DNA of 64,000 bases from Myxococcota bacterium (GTDB taxonomy: Bacteria; Myxococcota_A; UBA9160; UBA4427): positions 3,680,001 through 3,744,000 of the forward strand of contig OZ252299.1 in the NCBI GenBank assembly GCA_965250285.1. The letters run 5' to 3'. The position numbers and the translations under genes are program-made. Below, in pieces: positions 1 to 10,076 of the stretch; the stretch's first letter is position 1; each line of letters begins with the position of its first letter. The notes under the pieces are model-generated. The model saw only the letters and a list, made by a program, of their open reading frames with translations. It was not told the origin of the DNA and searched no databases.

Positions 1-161
1 GACCCGCACCCTAACACGAGCTCGTGTCGACTCGTGTGCGGTGAAGTCCCATCACGGACGCTGTAAGTGCTCAGAATCGTCCGAGACGTCGATGACGCGC
101 CGGTTTCGTGCCTGACTCTGCGTCGAATTCGCCGAACGAAGCGGCACGATCAGCCGACATC

Positions 162-620
162 TCACGCGCTCAGCTGCAGCAACCCGGCGCCGAGGTTGAC
201 CGCGGCTTCGACCGCGTCGACGGCGAAGATCGTGAGCATCGGCCCCGACAGAACGGGCCAATAGGCCTCGCCCTGGCGCTCGCCGCCCCGGAGCACCGGC
301 ACGTTGAAGTAGAACTGTGAGAAGTGAGCGGCCGCGAGCACGAACAACACGATCGCGCGCTCGCCGGGTGCCGTGAAGAGGGCGCTGCCACTGAGGGCGA
401 GGGTCAGCAGCACGAGCGACATGAGGGCAAAGGCGGCGTTGAAGCCGCCCAGAAAGCGCACGCCCGCGGCGTAGGTCTTGAAGATCGGCGAGTCGCGCTG
501 CGACCGGGCCACCATCACCTTCGCGGCCGTCTCGGGCTGATAGCTGAAGTAGCGAAAGCCCATCGTGAACCACACGAGGCTCGCGAAGAGTGCAAACACA
601 TAGGCGGCGGGGGCGATCAT
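162..620 (-). CDS. Hypothetical integral membrane protein (about 4 TM helices)
   Basis: 152-aa ORF with several hydrophobic segments; divergent from a MarR gene across a palindromic site. Confidence 0.7.
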   Translation of the reverse strand: MIAPAAYVFALFASLVWFTMGFRYFSYQPETAAKVMVARSQRDSPIFKTYAAGVRFLGGFNAAFALMSLVLLTLALSGSALFTAPGERAIVLFVLAAAHFSQFYFNVPVLRGGERQGEAYWPVLSGPMLTIFAVDAVEAAVNLGAGLLQLSA

Positions 621-680
621 GGGAGGGTCTCCGGAGGCGTGCGTCCAGTCGGTTGCGTGCGTTCGCGGGCTGAGGCAAAC

Positions 681-718
681 TAGTTCAATCTTGAACTAAA
701 TAGTTCGGACTCGAAGTC
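681..718. promoter_or_regulatory. Probable MarR operator: palindrome TAGTTCAA-TC-TTGAACTA plus a degenerate second copy
   Basis: Perfect 8-2-8 inverted repeat at 681-698; related TAGTTCGG-AC-TCGAAGTC at 701-718; AT-rich patch between divergent genes. Confidence 0.7.
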
Positions 719-1153
719 TTGTCAAACGGCCGGCGCCCGCGCGTCTTTCATCTACTGCATCTCGCCCACGGCGCGATGTTTCGCGCGCTCGACCGACGAC
801 TGCGCGAAGCCGAGGGGATCGTCACCGCCCATCAGGTGGTCCTGTTCACCCTCGCGGCCGAGGACGGTCTGCCGAGCTCGGAGGTCGCGCGCCGCGCCGG
901 GCACACCAAGTCGCGGCTCACCGGCCTCGTCGACACGCTCGAAGCGAGCGGTCTCGTCGAGCGCAGGGTCTCAGACGAGGACGGCCGCGTGCATCTGCTG
1001 CATCTGACCCGAGCCGGGCGCGCCTTGATCGCCCGCACCGTGTCCGAGACGAACGCGCTCAACGCAGCGCTGCTCGCACCCTTCGACCGCAAGGAGCAGG
1101 CGGTGATCCAGGCGTTTCTCGAGCACGTTCGTGCCGAAGCCGAAAAGCTCTAG
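719..1153 (+). CDS. MarR family transcriptional regulator
   Basis: Winged-helix pattern SEVARRAG...LTGLVDTLEASGLVERR..EDGR...L.LT..G. Confidence 0.9.
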   Translation: MSNGRRPRVFHLLHLAHGAMFRALDRRLREAEGIVTAHQVVLFTLAAEDGLPSSEVARRAGHTKSRLTGLVDTLEASGLVERRVSDEDGRVHLLHLTRAGRALIARTVSETNALNAALLAPFDRKEQAVIQAFLEHVRAEAEKL

Positions 1154-2298
1154 CGGGCGAGCGTGAGCTCTTCGAGGGTCTCGGGCGCGTGCGTCAGCGA
1201 CACGTTCCCCTCGTCGGTGACGAGGACGGTGTCCGAGAATCGAAAGCCGCCGATGCCCTCGAAGTAGATGCCGGGCTCAATGCTGAAGAGCATGCCGGGC
1301 TCGACCACGCGGTCATACCCGATGGCGAGGAACGGCGCTTCGTGGCCAGTCACGCCGAAGCTGTGGCCGGTGCGGTGCAGCACGTGGTCGAGGTAGCCGT
1401 GCTTCTCGAAGCAGTCGCGGGTCGCCTGGTCGACGGACGACATCGACACGCCGGGTCGCAGCAAGTCGAACGCGATCTGCCGCGCTTCGAGCATCACGTC
1501 GAACCGTTCGCGAGCCAGGTCGGGCACGATGTTCACGAAGTACGTGCGCTCGACCTCGGCCCCGTAGCCATTGACGCGGCAGTTCACGATGGTCACGTGA
1601 GGACCGCCCTCTTCCTCTTTCAGTGCAGCGCCCGTGAAGTTGTGGGGGTCGTGGGAGATGCTCGGCGGCTGCGCCACGGCAGCGAAGCTGCAGGCCAGGT
1701 GATTCGGGTTCGGCACCTCGCGGTACATGCGAAACGTCATGGCTCGGCTCACGTCGCCGAAACCCACGCCTTCGAGCAGCTGAGCGTGGCCCTCACTGAC
1801 CACGCTCGAGGCATGCGCAATGCGGCCGATCTCGTACGGCGTCTTCACGAACCGAGCCTCGTCGACGACGTCGAGTCGAACCCGCTCCGCATCGATGGCT
1901 TCGTAGACCTGGAGCGGGCAGATCGACTCGACGCCCACGCGCTTCGCCTGGCCGAGCGCGGCGCGCAGCACGTCAGCCCACTCGCCGCCGGCCGGCGCCG
2001 GGAACTCGGCGTATCGGCAGGTGTCGACGTCACCGACCGAGCGCGCTCGCACGTGCGCCTCTTCGAGGTGCGGCACGACGAATCGGATCGGGCCGGTCGG
2101 CGCAATCACGAGCACGAAGGGGCGCTCGTGGATGTAGTTCGCGAAGTGCGTGAGGTAGTAGACGTTGTCGGGGCAGTGACAGACGTAGGCGTCCAGCTCC
2201 GCGGCCGCCATGCGCGCGCGCACGCGAGCCAGTCTGCCCTCCATCTCTTCGGCGTCGGGCGGGGCCATGATGAGATCGGGGCCGCGAGCATCGCTCAT
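1150..2298 (-). CDS. M24 (Xaa-Pro peptidase/creatinase) family hydrolase
   Basis: N-terminal creatinase-like domain (NVYYLT), HRTGHSFG, HEAP, SIEPGIY, GGFRFSDTV. Confidence 0.85.
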   Translation of the reverse strand: MSDARGPDLIMAPPDAEEMEGRLARVRARMAAAELDAYVCHCPDNVYYLTHFANYIHERPFVLVIAPTGPIRFVVPHLEEAHVRARSVGDVDTCRYAEFPAPAGGEWADVLRAALGQAKRVGVESICPLQVYEAIDAERVRLDVVDEARFVKTPYEIGRIAHASSVVSEGHAQLLEGVGFGDVSRAMTFRMYREVPNPNHLACSFAAVAQPPSISHDPHNFTGAALKEEEGGPHVTIVNCRVNGYGAEVERTYFVNIVPDLARERFDVMLEARQIAFDLLRPGVSMSSVDQATRDCFEKHGYLDHVLHRTGHSFGVTGHEAPFLAIGYDRVVEPGMLFSIEPGIYFEGIGGFRFSDTVLVTDEGNVSLTHAPETLEELTLAR

Positions 2299-2349
2299 GA
2301 GCTTCTCCAGACCGCGCCGCGGGGTCGCCTCGAAGGCCGAGACGCGGGC

Positions 2350-3966
2350 TCAATCCGTGTCGACGCCGGGATAGCCTGCCTCGGCGACCTTCGTGATGCG
2401 GTCCGTGTACCGGGGCGCACCGCCCCAGTACGCCATGTAGCGGAACTGGCCCTCGCCGTGGCCCTCGACATTCGCGTTGTAGCCGGTGAACCAGCCGCGG
2501 CTTCGGCGCATGAGCATGCGCTCCTGTGAAGCGATGACCTCCTCGCCCCAGCCCTTCTCGGCTTCTTCGCGCGCCTCGAACCGGGTGATCCCCCGTTCGC
2601 GGACGTGGGCGAGAAAGTCGGTGATCCAATCGACGCCGCCTTCGATCGCGCGAGGAAAGTTCGTCGAGCCCGAGACACTCTGCGGCCCGGCGACCATCAG
2701 CAGGTTCGGAAAGCCGCAGGTCATCAGGCCGATGAAGGTGCTCGGCGATTCTTTCCACTTCTCGCGAAGGACGCGGCCGCCCGCCCCCCGAATGTCGATG
2801 CGATCGAGCGCCCCGGTGATCGCATCGAAGCCCGTCGCGAGCACGAGAAGATCGAGCTCGACCGTCGCATCGCTCGTCTCGACGCCTCGGGGCGTGACGC
2901 GTTCGACCGGCGTCTCGGAGAGGTCGACCAGATGGACGTTCCGTCGGTTGTAGGCCTCGAAGTAGTTCGTCTCGAGGGGCAGCCGCTGCAGGGCGAAGCC
3001 GTGATCCTTGGGGATCAGCTTCTCGGCGATCGCAGGGTCGTCGACGCGTTGCCGGATTCGCTCGGCGACGTACTCGGACATCTCCCGGTTGGCCGCTTCG
3101 TCGAAGAAGATCTCGGGGAAGTTCCCCGCCATGATCGCGAACCCGGGCTGGGCGTAGAGCTCGTCCCACCTGGCCTTGCGCTCTTCGGGCGTCACCTCGT
3201 AGAAGCGCCGCTTCTCGGGCAAGTGCTCGAAGCCGCCGTGGGTCTGCGCGCAGGCCTCGAAGATCTCGTCGTAGCGCGAGCGGATATCCGCCATCTCCTC
3301 CGCCGAGATGGGCGAATTGTTGAGCGGCGTGCTCCAGTTGGGCCGACGTTGAAAGACGAAGAGCTCACCGACCTTGTCCGCGATCTCGGCGATCACCTGG
3401 ATGCCGGTCGCACCGGTGCCGACGACCCCGACCCGACGCCCGGCGAGCGGCACCGGATCTTTCGGCCACCAGTACGTGTGGAAGCACTCGCCGTCGAAGT
3501 CTTCGAGGCCCGGCCAGTCGGGGGTCGTCGGGATCGACAGCACGCCGAGGCCCGTGATGACGAAGCGCGCCGAGAACCTGCGCCCGTCTGCGAGGTCGAG
3601 CTGCCAGAGACGCTCGTCTTCGAGCCAGGTCATCGCTTCGACGCGCGCGTCGAACCGCATGTGCCGACGCAGATCGAACTTGTCGACGACGAAGTTCAGG
3701 TATCGCAGGTTCTCGGGCTGCGGCGAGAAGCGCTCCTTCCAGTGCCACTCGTCGAGCACCTCGCGTGAGAACGAGTAGCCGTACGTGTAGCTCTCCGAAT
3801 CGAAGCGGCAGCCGGGGTAGCGGTTGCGGTACCAGGTGCCGCCGAGGTCGTCGTCGGCTTCGAGAACGATCGCATCGACGCCCAGATCGACCAGGCGCTT
3901 GATCTGGTAGATGCCCGACGCGCCTGCGCCGATCACGATGATCTCGTGGTGCTCCGACTCGCCCAT
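2350..3966 (-). CDS. Baeyer-Villiger monooxygenase (cyclohexanone/phenylacetone monooxygenase family)
   Basis: GAGASG, GGTWYRNRYPG, BVMO fingerprint FDGECFHTYWWP, second Rossmann motif GTGATG, ATGFD. Confidence 0.92.
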   Translation of the reverse strand: MGESEHHEIIVIGAGASGIYQIKRLVDLGVDAIVLEADDDLGGTWYRNRYPGCRFDSESYTYGYSFSREVLDEWHWKERFSPQPENLRYLNFVVDKFDLRRHMRFDARVEAMTWLEDERLWQLDLADGRRFSARFVITGLGVLSIPTTPDWPGLEDFDGECFHTYWWPKDPVPLAGRRVGVVGTGATGIQVIAEIADKVGELFVFQRRPNWSTPLNNSPISAEEMADIRSRYDEIFEACAQTHGGFEHLPEKRRFYEVTPEERKARWDELYAQPGFAIMAGNFPEIFFDEAANREMSEYVAERIRQRVDDPAIAEKLIPKDHGFALQRLPLETNYFEAYNRRNVHLVDLSETPVERVTPRGVETSDATVELDLLVLATGFDAITGALDRIDIRGAGGRVLREKWKESPSTFIGLMTCGFPNLLMVAGPQSVSGSTNFPRAIEGGVDWITDFLAHVRERGITRFEAREEAEKGWGEEVIASQERMLMRRSRGWFTGYNANVEGHGEGQFRYMAYWGGAPRYTDRITKVAEAGYPGVDTD

Positions 3967-4093
3967 CCGCGACGTCTCCTGAGCATCGACCTCGACCCGT
4001 GGATCGAGCCGAGGCGAGCCGTTGACGAGTATACGTCGTCGCAGACTGCGCGATCATCGGTCGACGGTCGTCACGACCGACGCCGCGCGCTCG

Positions 4094-4888
4094 TCAGGCG
4101 TGAAACGTCCCCGGCTCGGCGAAGACCCGAAACGGCGCAACATCGCGAAAGCCGACCGACGCGTAGAGCGACCGCGCCATCGTCGTCGAGTGCAGGACGG
4201 CACGGGTTCGGCCACGGCCGCGCGCGGCGGCGAGCGCTTCGATACACACGCGTCGACCCAAACCGAGCCCCCTCGCCTCGGGCTGCGTGACCATGCCGTA
4301 GACGCCCACCGCCGCTTCGGAGTCGTGGGTGACGCACTTGGCGACCGGTGTGCCTTCCTTCATCGCGAGCCAGGCGCGATTGGGCGAGCCGGGCGCCCCG
4401 AAACGAAGCACATCGGCGAAATCGAGGAGCTTCGATCGAGCCGAGCTCGGCACCTGCCAGCGGTTCGCCACGAACTCGAGGAACGGGGGAAACGCGCGAT
4501 CGGGCGTGACCTCGACCAGCTCGACGTCAGTCGGCAACTCGTCCTCTGCGGGGAGCTCCGCCAGATCGGCAGTCATCCCGGCGAGCACCTCCGATTCGGC
4601 GAGCCCGCGCTCAACCAGCTGCGCGTCGATGTCGGCGGGGGTCGCGCTCGGATGCACGAACCAGAGAAACGGGACACCCGCGTCGGCGTACCGCTGAAAG
4701 ATCGCGTCGATCGAGGGCGCCGAAGGCGCGTCGCCGCGATAGCGCAGCACCATGTTGTAGGGCAGAACGGGCATCGGGGTCTCGACCCAGAGCGCGTCGC
4801 CCTCGTCGTGCAGCGCGCAGCCCTTCGCCCGGCCGAGCTGCGACCACATCGAACACAGGTTCTCTTCGACCGCTGCCACCGCGTCCAT
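4094..4888 (-). CDS. GNAT family N-acetyltransferase
   Basis: C-terminal acetyl-CoA motif T.PEARGLGLG and LYASVGF; start taken at ATG 4888. Confidence 0.8.
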   Translation of the reverse strand: MDAVAAVEENLCSMWSQLGRAKGCALHDEGDALWVETPMPVLPYNMVLRYRGDAPSAPSIDAIFQRYADAGVPFLWFVHPSATPADIDAQLVERGLAESEVLAGMTADLAELPAEDELPTDVELVEVTPDRAFPPFLEFVANRWQVPSSARSKLLDFADVLRFGAPGSPNRAWLAMKEGTPVAKCVTHDSEAAVGVYGMVTQPEARGLGLGRRVCIEALAAARGRGRTRAVLHSTTMARSLYASVGFRDVAPFRVFAEPGTFHA

Positions 4889-5006
4889 ACCCAGAAGGTA
4901 GCGGCGAAGTCGCCGCACGAGCGAAACGCTCCCGGTACACACCGGCGTGTGCCGATCTTCGCCCGCGAGCCGCGTCGCCCGGAGCCAGATCGCGCTCGTA
5001 GACGCG

Positions 5007-6086
5007 CTACGCGCTCTCGCGCGCGGTGTAGGTCCCCATACAGCCCATGATCATCTTCAGGTCGAGGTACGTCTTGAAGCCGGGCTCATCGGCATCGCAG
5101 ACCAGCGGCACGGCGTTTACGCAGTGAAAGGCCGTGGTCGAGAGCCCCTGGGCCACTCTCTGGTCGTGATTGAGCTCGGGAGGAAAGTCGACGTCGATGT
5201 TCAGGTTGACGTCGCCTTCGAGCGCGATGCGCCAACCACTCTCTCGCGGCACTTCCATCTTGCGCTCGAGCCGCCCGTGACTTCGGTCGTCGACGTACCA
5301 GATCTGCTCCTGGATGATCTCCATGCCGCAATCGGTCGTCCCGATGTGCTTGTGATGGTTGAGACCGATCTGCCCCTTCTCGACGGTGCCGATCGCGCAT
5401 TCGATGTCCTCGGCGGCGAGGATGTAGTCGTGGGTCGCCTCGTAGCTCACGACCTTCACACCCAGACCGTCGGCGATCATGTCGATCGACTCGAACCAGT
5501 TCTTGGCGAGGATCTCCTTGAGTGGGTTGTTCTCGGCCTGCTCGGGCGGCACACCCAGGTTCATCACCAGACGCATGACGCCTTCGCTGCTGTATTCGCG
5601 GCAGTCGCCGCACTCGGTCATCTGGATGCGATCGATCTGATTGCACCAGCCGCTGAAGGTCAGCGGGAACCGCTCGGCGATGCCGCCCGGGTTGCAGCCC
5701 GAGGCCAGGAACGCCACGCCGCCCTTCTTCGCAGCCGCGTCGATCTGGTCGGCGATCTCGGGGCTCTGCACGAAGGGGTAGAAGTACGGACACGGCGTGA
5801 CGACGTTCTTGCCGGCCTCGAGCAGCTGACAGATGTCGTTCGGATCCCACGGCAACGGGCAGTAGATGACGCAGTCGGCGTCCGAGGCCAGCACCGCCTC
5901 GACGTCGCGGCTCGCGATCACGCCGGTGTCGTCGGCCTCGATGATCGCGCCGGCGTCGAGCCCCTCCTTCTCTTCGCTGTAGACCTTGACCCCGACGAGC
6001 TCGAGCTTCGGGTGGCGAAGGATGCCGCGAAGCGACGACTTGCCGACGACGCCCGTCGCCCACTGATAGACCTTGTACTCGCTCAT
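5007..6086 (-). CDS. NAD(P)-dependent dehydrogenase, DapB-like / native amine dehydrogenase family
   Basis: QWATGVVG Rossmann variant, LLEAGKNVV, SGCNPGG, C-terminal VNAVPLVCDA.PGFKTYLDL. Confidence 0.8.
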   Translation of the reverse strand: MSEYKVYQWATGVVGKSSLRGILRHPKLELVGVKVYSEEKEGLDAGAIIEADDTGVIASRDVEAVLASDADCVIYCPLPWDPNDICQLLEAGKNVVTPCPYFYPFVQSPEIADQIDAAAKKGGVAFLASGCNPGGIAERFPLTFSGWCNQIDRIQMTECGDCREYSSEGVMRLVMNLGVPPEQAENNPLKEILAKNWFESIDMIADGLGVKVVSYEATHDYILAAEDIECAIGTVEKGQIGLNHHKHIGTTDCGMEIIQEQIWYVDDRSHGRLERKMEVPRESGWRIALEGDVNLNIDVDFPPELNHDQRVAQGLSTTAFHCVNAVPLVCDADEPGFKTYLDLKMIMGCMGTYTARESA

Positions 6087-6161
6087 GCCCTTCTCCTCGA
6101 GGCCGCTCGCACGCTCGGCTCGGGCGGCGCCACGCCCCGGAGCTCGCGTGGCTCCGGCAAT

Positions 6162-6181
6162 AAATTACACGCGTGTTACTT
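6162..6181. promoter_or_regulatory. Possible TetR operator
   Basis: ACACGCGTGT palindrome (6167-6176) within an AT-rich patch between divergent genes. Confidence 0.5.
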
Positions 6182-6229
6182 TACACGGGCACGAGGCGGC
6201 TGCAAGCACCGATGCACACGGAGAGCTCG

Positions 6230-6865
6230 ATGGCGCGCAAGGTTCGCAAGCTCGGCAGGCCCGCCGGTTCGAGCCGCGAGGACACCATCGCCCGCGCTCT
6301 CGTCAGTGCGCGCCGCCTCTTCGCGACGAAAGGCTACGCCGGCACGACGCTCAAGGACGTGGCGCACGACATGGGCGTCACCCACGCGACGCTCTACCGG
6401 TACTTCGACTCGAAGGTCGATCTCTACTGCCAGACGATTGACGCGACCCAGGAGCTGCTTCGACCCGAGTTCGAAGCCGTGCTCTCGATGGAAGGCTCTT
6501 GCAAGCAGCGACTGATCGAGCTGCTTCGGGTGGCACTCGGCGACCGCGATCCCGAATCGGGCCGCTCAGCCTTTCTCGCGGCCGTGCCCATCGAGCTGAT
6601 GCGCCACGACGACCTGCGAAGAGCGATCGACTACGAGCAGAACCGCATGGCGCAGACGCTCCTCACGCTCTTCAGCGAAGGCCTGGATCGCGGCGAGATC
6701 GTCGCCGACGCGACGGCCGAAGACCTGATGGTGCTGTTCATGGGCGGTCTCCTGGGCATGAACGTCTTCCATCAAGGCGGCCGCATCGGCTCGATGGAGA
6801 AGGTCTTCGAGCTGTTCGTGTCGATGTTCGATCACGGTGTGTTCGCGGTGGACGAGCTTGCATGA
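6230..6865 (+). CDS. TetR/AcrR family transcriptional regulator
   Basis: HTH motif LFATKGYAGTTLKDVAHDMGVTHATLYRYFDSK; start could be 6212. Confidence 0.9.
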   Translation: MARKVRKLGRPAGSSREDTIARALVSARRLFATKGYAGTTLKDVAHDMGVTHATLYRYFDSKVDLYCQTIDATQELLRPEFEAVLSMEGSCKQRLIELLRVALGDRDPESGRSAFLAAVPIELMRHDDLRRAIDYEQNRMAQTLLTLFSEGLDRGEIVADATAEDLMVLFMGGLLGMNVFHQGGRIGSMEKVFELFVSMFDHGVFAVDELA

Positions 6866-6913
6866 GTCACATCGCGCTGGCTTCGAAGCAGCGTGGGCGA
6901 CGTGTGCACCGGT

Positions 6914-8680
6914 TCAGGACGGGCTCCGCTCCGCGTCCCCGAGAAGCTGCACATCGCGGCGAGGCACGGCGATCGTGATCGCCTCTTCGTCGAAGCGTCG
7001 CTTCACCGTTCGGTTGAGGTCCCAGTACACGTCCCAGTAATCCTCGGTCTTCACCCAGGGGCGAACGACGAAGTCGACCGACCACTCGTTGAGCTTGTGC
7101 ACCTTCAGGAGCGGCTCGGGCTCGTCGAGGATCCGCTCGTCGGCCTCGAGGATCCCCCTCAGCACCGACTCGACGCGATCGAGATCTTCCGAGTAGGCGA
7201 TGCGGAAGGTCATATCGACGCGACGTTCGCTCTGGTCGGTCACGTTCTTGATCACGTCACCCCAGATCCTGCTGTTGGGCACGACGAGGGTCTGATTGTC
7301 GATGGTCAGGATCGTGGTCGCGATCAGACTCATCTCCGATACCCGGCCGAAGACGCCCGCCGCCTCGATGAGATCGCCGACGTCGTAGGGCCGAACGGCG
7401 AGGATCATCACGCCCGAGGCCAGATTGCCGAGTGAATCCTGGAGCGCGAAACCGACGATGAAGCCGGCGATCCCGAGACCCGCAAGGATGGGCCCGAGCT
7501 CGACGCCGAGTTGCGAGAGCGCGACGAGCACGCCCAGCAGGGTGATCGACGTGCCCGCCACCGACGAAACCATGTTCTTCAGCAGCTGCGAGGCGTCGAC
7601 CCGCTCCGACGAGAGGGTCCTCGTGAGGATCGCGCGTACGATTCGAGCCAACAGCGAGAAGGCCAGCACGATCAACACGAACGTCGCGGCCTTGAACGCG
7701 TAGCCGAGCCCGTTTTCGCGAACCCAGAGCTCGGCTTTCTGAAACGCTTGATCGACGAGGCCGAGCGCGACCTCCTTCTTGAAGATGTCGGCCGTGACCT
7801 CGCCCGTCGAACTGATCAACAGCTGCTGGTACTCGGCCGCGGGCAGCTCGAGACGCTCGAGCAGTCGAATGGCGATCGAGAAGGTACGGACCGTCCGCTC
7901 GCGACGATCCTCGACCGAGGCCAGCTGAAGCTTGAGATCTTCGTCGTCGGGTTGCTCGGCCAGCAGCGACGTGAGCTGACGCTCGCGGTCGACCAGAAAC
8001 GTGAGTCGGCGCGACAGGGTCTCGGCCACTTGGCTGACCAGGCCTTCGAGCTCGGCCCGCTCTTCATCTGCATTCATGCCGAGGGCCGACATGTCGTCGA
8101 CCGTGTCGGCGTACGCGCGAAAGAGGGTCACGCCCCACTCGTTCTCGGCCGCGATCTGCTGATCGATCTCGAGCAGCTCGGTCTTTTCGGCGCTCTCGCG
8201 GCGCTTTCGCAGCCGCGCCATGCGTTTCGAGGTCGAGTTGATGTGGGAGACGATTGCGGGCGCCAGCCGGTCGACCAGCGCCTCGACGCGCTCGCGCTGC
8301 TCGGGGCTCTCGATCTCAGCAAGATCCTGGGCGACGACGTTGTCGACGAGCCTCGAGACGATCCGGATGAGGTCGACCCGCAGCTCACCGATCTGGCGGT
8401 TGAGGCCGATCAGCTGCTCGCCGCTCGCCCGCCGCGCCTCGACTCTGAGCGCATCCAGCTCGGCCTGCCCCGCTTCGAACTCGGCGAACAACTCGCGCCC
8501 CTCGACGATGAGGGCGGGCTCGTCGGGCTCGTCCGGCTCGTCTGCGACCTCTGCGATCGCTTCGCCGTCGGGCGCGGCCTCTTCGCTCGGTGATTCCTGC
8601 GCGTGCAGCGGCGGCGCGAGGCAAAGCACACACACGACCCACGCCCACGCAGCGAGCGAACGGGGCTTCGGCGGCATCAT
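6914..8680 (-). CDS. MscS family mechanosensitive channel with a large N-terminal periplasmic helical domain
   Basis: Signal peptide; C-terminal GFALQDSLGNLASG, RPYDVGD, VPNSRIW motifs; GAGGAG RBS before ATG 8680. Confidence 0.88.
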   Translation of the reverse strand: MMPPKPRSLAAWAWVVCVLCLAPPLHAQESPSEEAAPDGEAIAEVADEPDEPDEPALIVEGRELFAEFEAGQAELDALRVEARRASGEQLIGLNRQIGELRVDLIRIVSRLVDNVVAQDLAEIESPEQRERVEALVDRLAPAIVSHINSTSKRMARLRKRRESAEKTELLEIDQQIAAENEWGVTLFRAYADTVDDMSALGMNADEERAELEGLVSQVAETLSRRLTFLVDRERQLTSLLAEQPDDEDLKLQLASVEDRRERTVRTFSIAIRLLERLELPAAEYQQLLISSTGEVTADIFKKEVALGLVDQAFQKAELWVRENGLGYAFKAATFVLIVLAFSLLARIVRAILTRTLSSERVDASQLLKNMVSSVAGTSITLLGVLVALSQLGVELGPILAGLGIAGFIVGFALQDSLGNLASGVMILAVRPYDVGDLIEAAGVFGRVSEMSLIATTILTIDNQTLVVPNSRIWGDVIKNVTDQSERRVDMTFRIAYSEDLDRVESVLRGILEADERILDEPEPLLKVHKLNEWSVDFVVRPWVKTEDYWDVYWDLNRTVKRRFDEEAITIAVPRRDVQLLGDAERSPS

Positions 8681-8732
8681 GACGATCTCCTCGCGCGATC
8701 CAGACTCGACCAGTGCCGAGTCGAGGCTGTGC

Positions 8733-10076
8733 TCAATCTTGCCCTTCGGCCAGGAACTGCTGCAGCTTGGCGGCCGCGCGGAGCGCGGTCGCCGGGTCGG
8801 GGCCCCGCCCCTCACTGAAGCTGCCCGGGTTGAGCCGCGACTCATCGAGCCAGCGCTGCACCTCGGCGTGCTCGCTCCATGTGCGCATGTTCTTGATGTG
8901 CTCGAGCATGCCGCTGAAGAAGTCGGGCGTGCGATCGGGATGCGGGATCACGGCCGCGAGCGCGTTCTTCTCTTCGAGCGTCGCAGCGAGCGTCTCGACC
9001 AGACCGATCAGCGCCGCGCTGAAGACCTGCTGACAGCCTCGCACCGTCTGCAGGGTGATCCGGCCCTCGGCGAAGACGGGCTCGATCGGACGGGTCTCGA
9101 GGCCGTCGGCCGTGCAGTCGACGTAGACCGACGCTTCACCGCGATCGAGGGCGCCCTCATCGAGCTCGAGCTTCGTGCGGGTGACGCGCTTCACGCGCCC
9201 GAGTCGCACGACGTGCTCGACGCGCCGCAGCTGCTCGAGCTCGGCCTCGGACACCGTGGCACATCGATACATCGTCGGCTCGGTGGAGCGGTCGATGCGC
9301 AGCATGTGTCCGGCGGCCTCGAGCCGAAGCCATGCGTCCGAGGCCGTCTCGGCGTCCGCGATCATGTCGAGCTGGTCGCCAACGCGAAAGCCGTCACCCG
9401 GCTGCGTGATCGCTCGATTGATCAGCCACGAATCGCGCGGGACGATCCAGGTGATCTCGTCGGGATCGACGTGGTTCGCCAGCAGCCACAGGATCGCGTC
9501 GAAGGCGGTCTTGCCGGCGCCGACGATGACGTAGCCGTCCGCCGGTCGATCGACCTTGGGCAGTTCATTGGGCGGCACGACGATGACGCCCGGCTCGATC
9601 GCGTACTTCGGTGGGTGCGTCGAAGGCACCGCCACCTTCATGTACGTGGCGTCGACCATGGCGCGGCGCGCATGCACCTCGAACGAGCGACCCGACGGGC
9701 TCGAGACGGCACGCTCGCCATCGAATCGCGTCGAGCCAAAGAACTGCACTCGCCCCGACGGCAGAAATCGTCGGTTCATGACCTGGTCGTAGTACGCGCA
9801 GACCTCGGCCCCCGAGGCCAGCTCGGAGAGGCCCGCATTGAGACCGGTCTCGTCGATCGCGTCGGTGCCGAGGCGCATCGAGTTCACGCCGTAGAAGAAA
9901 GACGGCTGGTGAAGCCGAACGAAGGGGTACGCATCGTTCCAGTGCCCGCCGGGCCGCGCGCGCCGGTCGATGAGCGCCACCGACGCATCGGAGCGACTGA
10001 GGATCTCGTCGGTGAAGGCGATGCCCATCGCCCCCGCGCCGACGACCACGTAGTCGGCCTCGATCGCTACACCCAT
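8733..10076 (-). CDS. FAD/NAD(P)-dependent oxidoreductase
   Basis: GAGAMG and GAGKTA Rossmann motifs, PGGHWNDAYPFVRLHQP. Confidence 0.8.
   Translation of the reverse strand: MGVAIEADYVVVGAGAMGIAFTDEILSRSDASVALIDRRARPGGHWNDAYPFVRLHQPSFFYGVNSMRLGTDAIDETGLNAGLSELASGAEVCAYYDQVMNRRFLPSGRVQFFGSTRFDGERAVSSPSGRSFEVHARRAMVDATYMKVAVPSTHPPKYAIEPGVIVVPPNELPKVDRPADGYVIVGAGKTAFDAILWLLANHVDPDEITWIVPRDSWLINRAITQPGDGFRVGDQLDMIADAETASDAWLRLEAAGHMLRIDRSTEPTMYRCATVSEAELEQLRRVEHVVRLGRVKRVTRTKLELDEGALDRGEASVYVDCTADGLETRPIEPVFAEGRITLQTVRGCQQVFSAALIGLVETLAATLEEKNALAAVIPHPDRTPDFFSGMLEHIKNMRTWSEHAEVQRWLDESRLNPGSFSEGRGPDPATALRAAAKLQQFLAEGQD

Noticed and set aside
4..41. Palindrome ACACGAGCTCGTGT (14-27) and flanking inverted repeats at the window edge
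   Set aside because: Context is truncated and I saw no second copy; no function can be assigned
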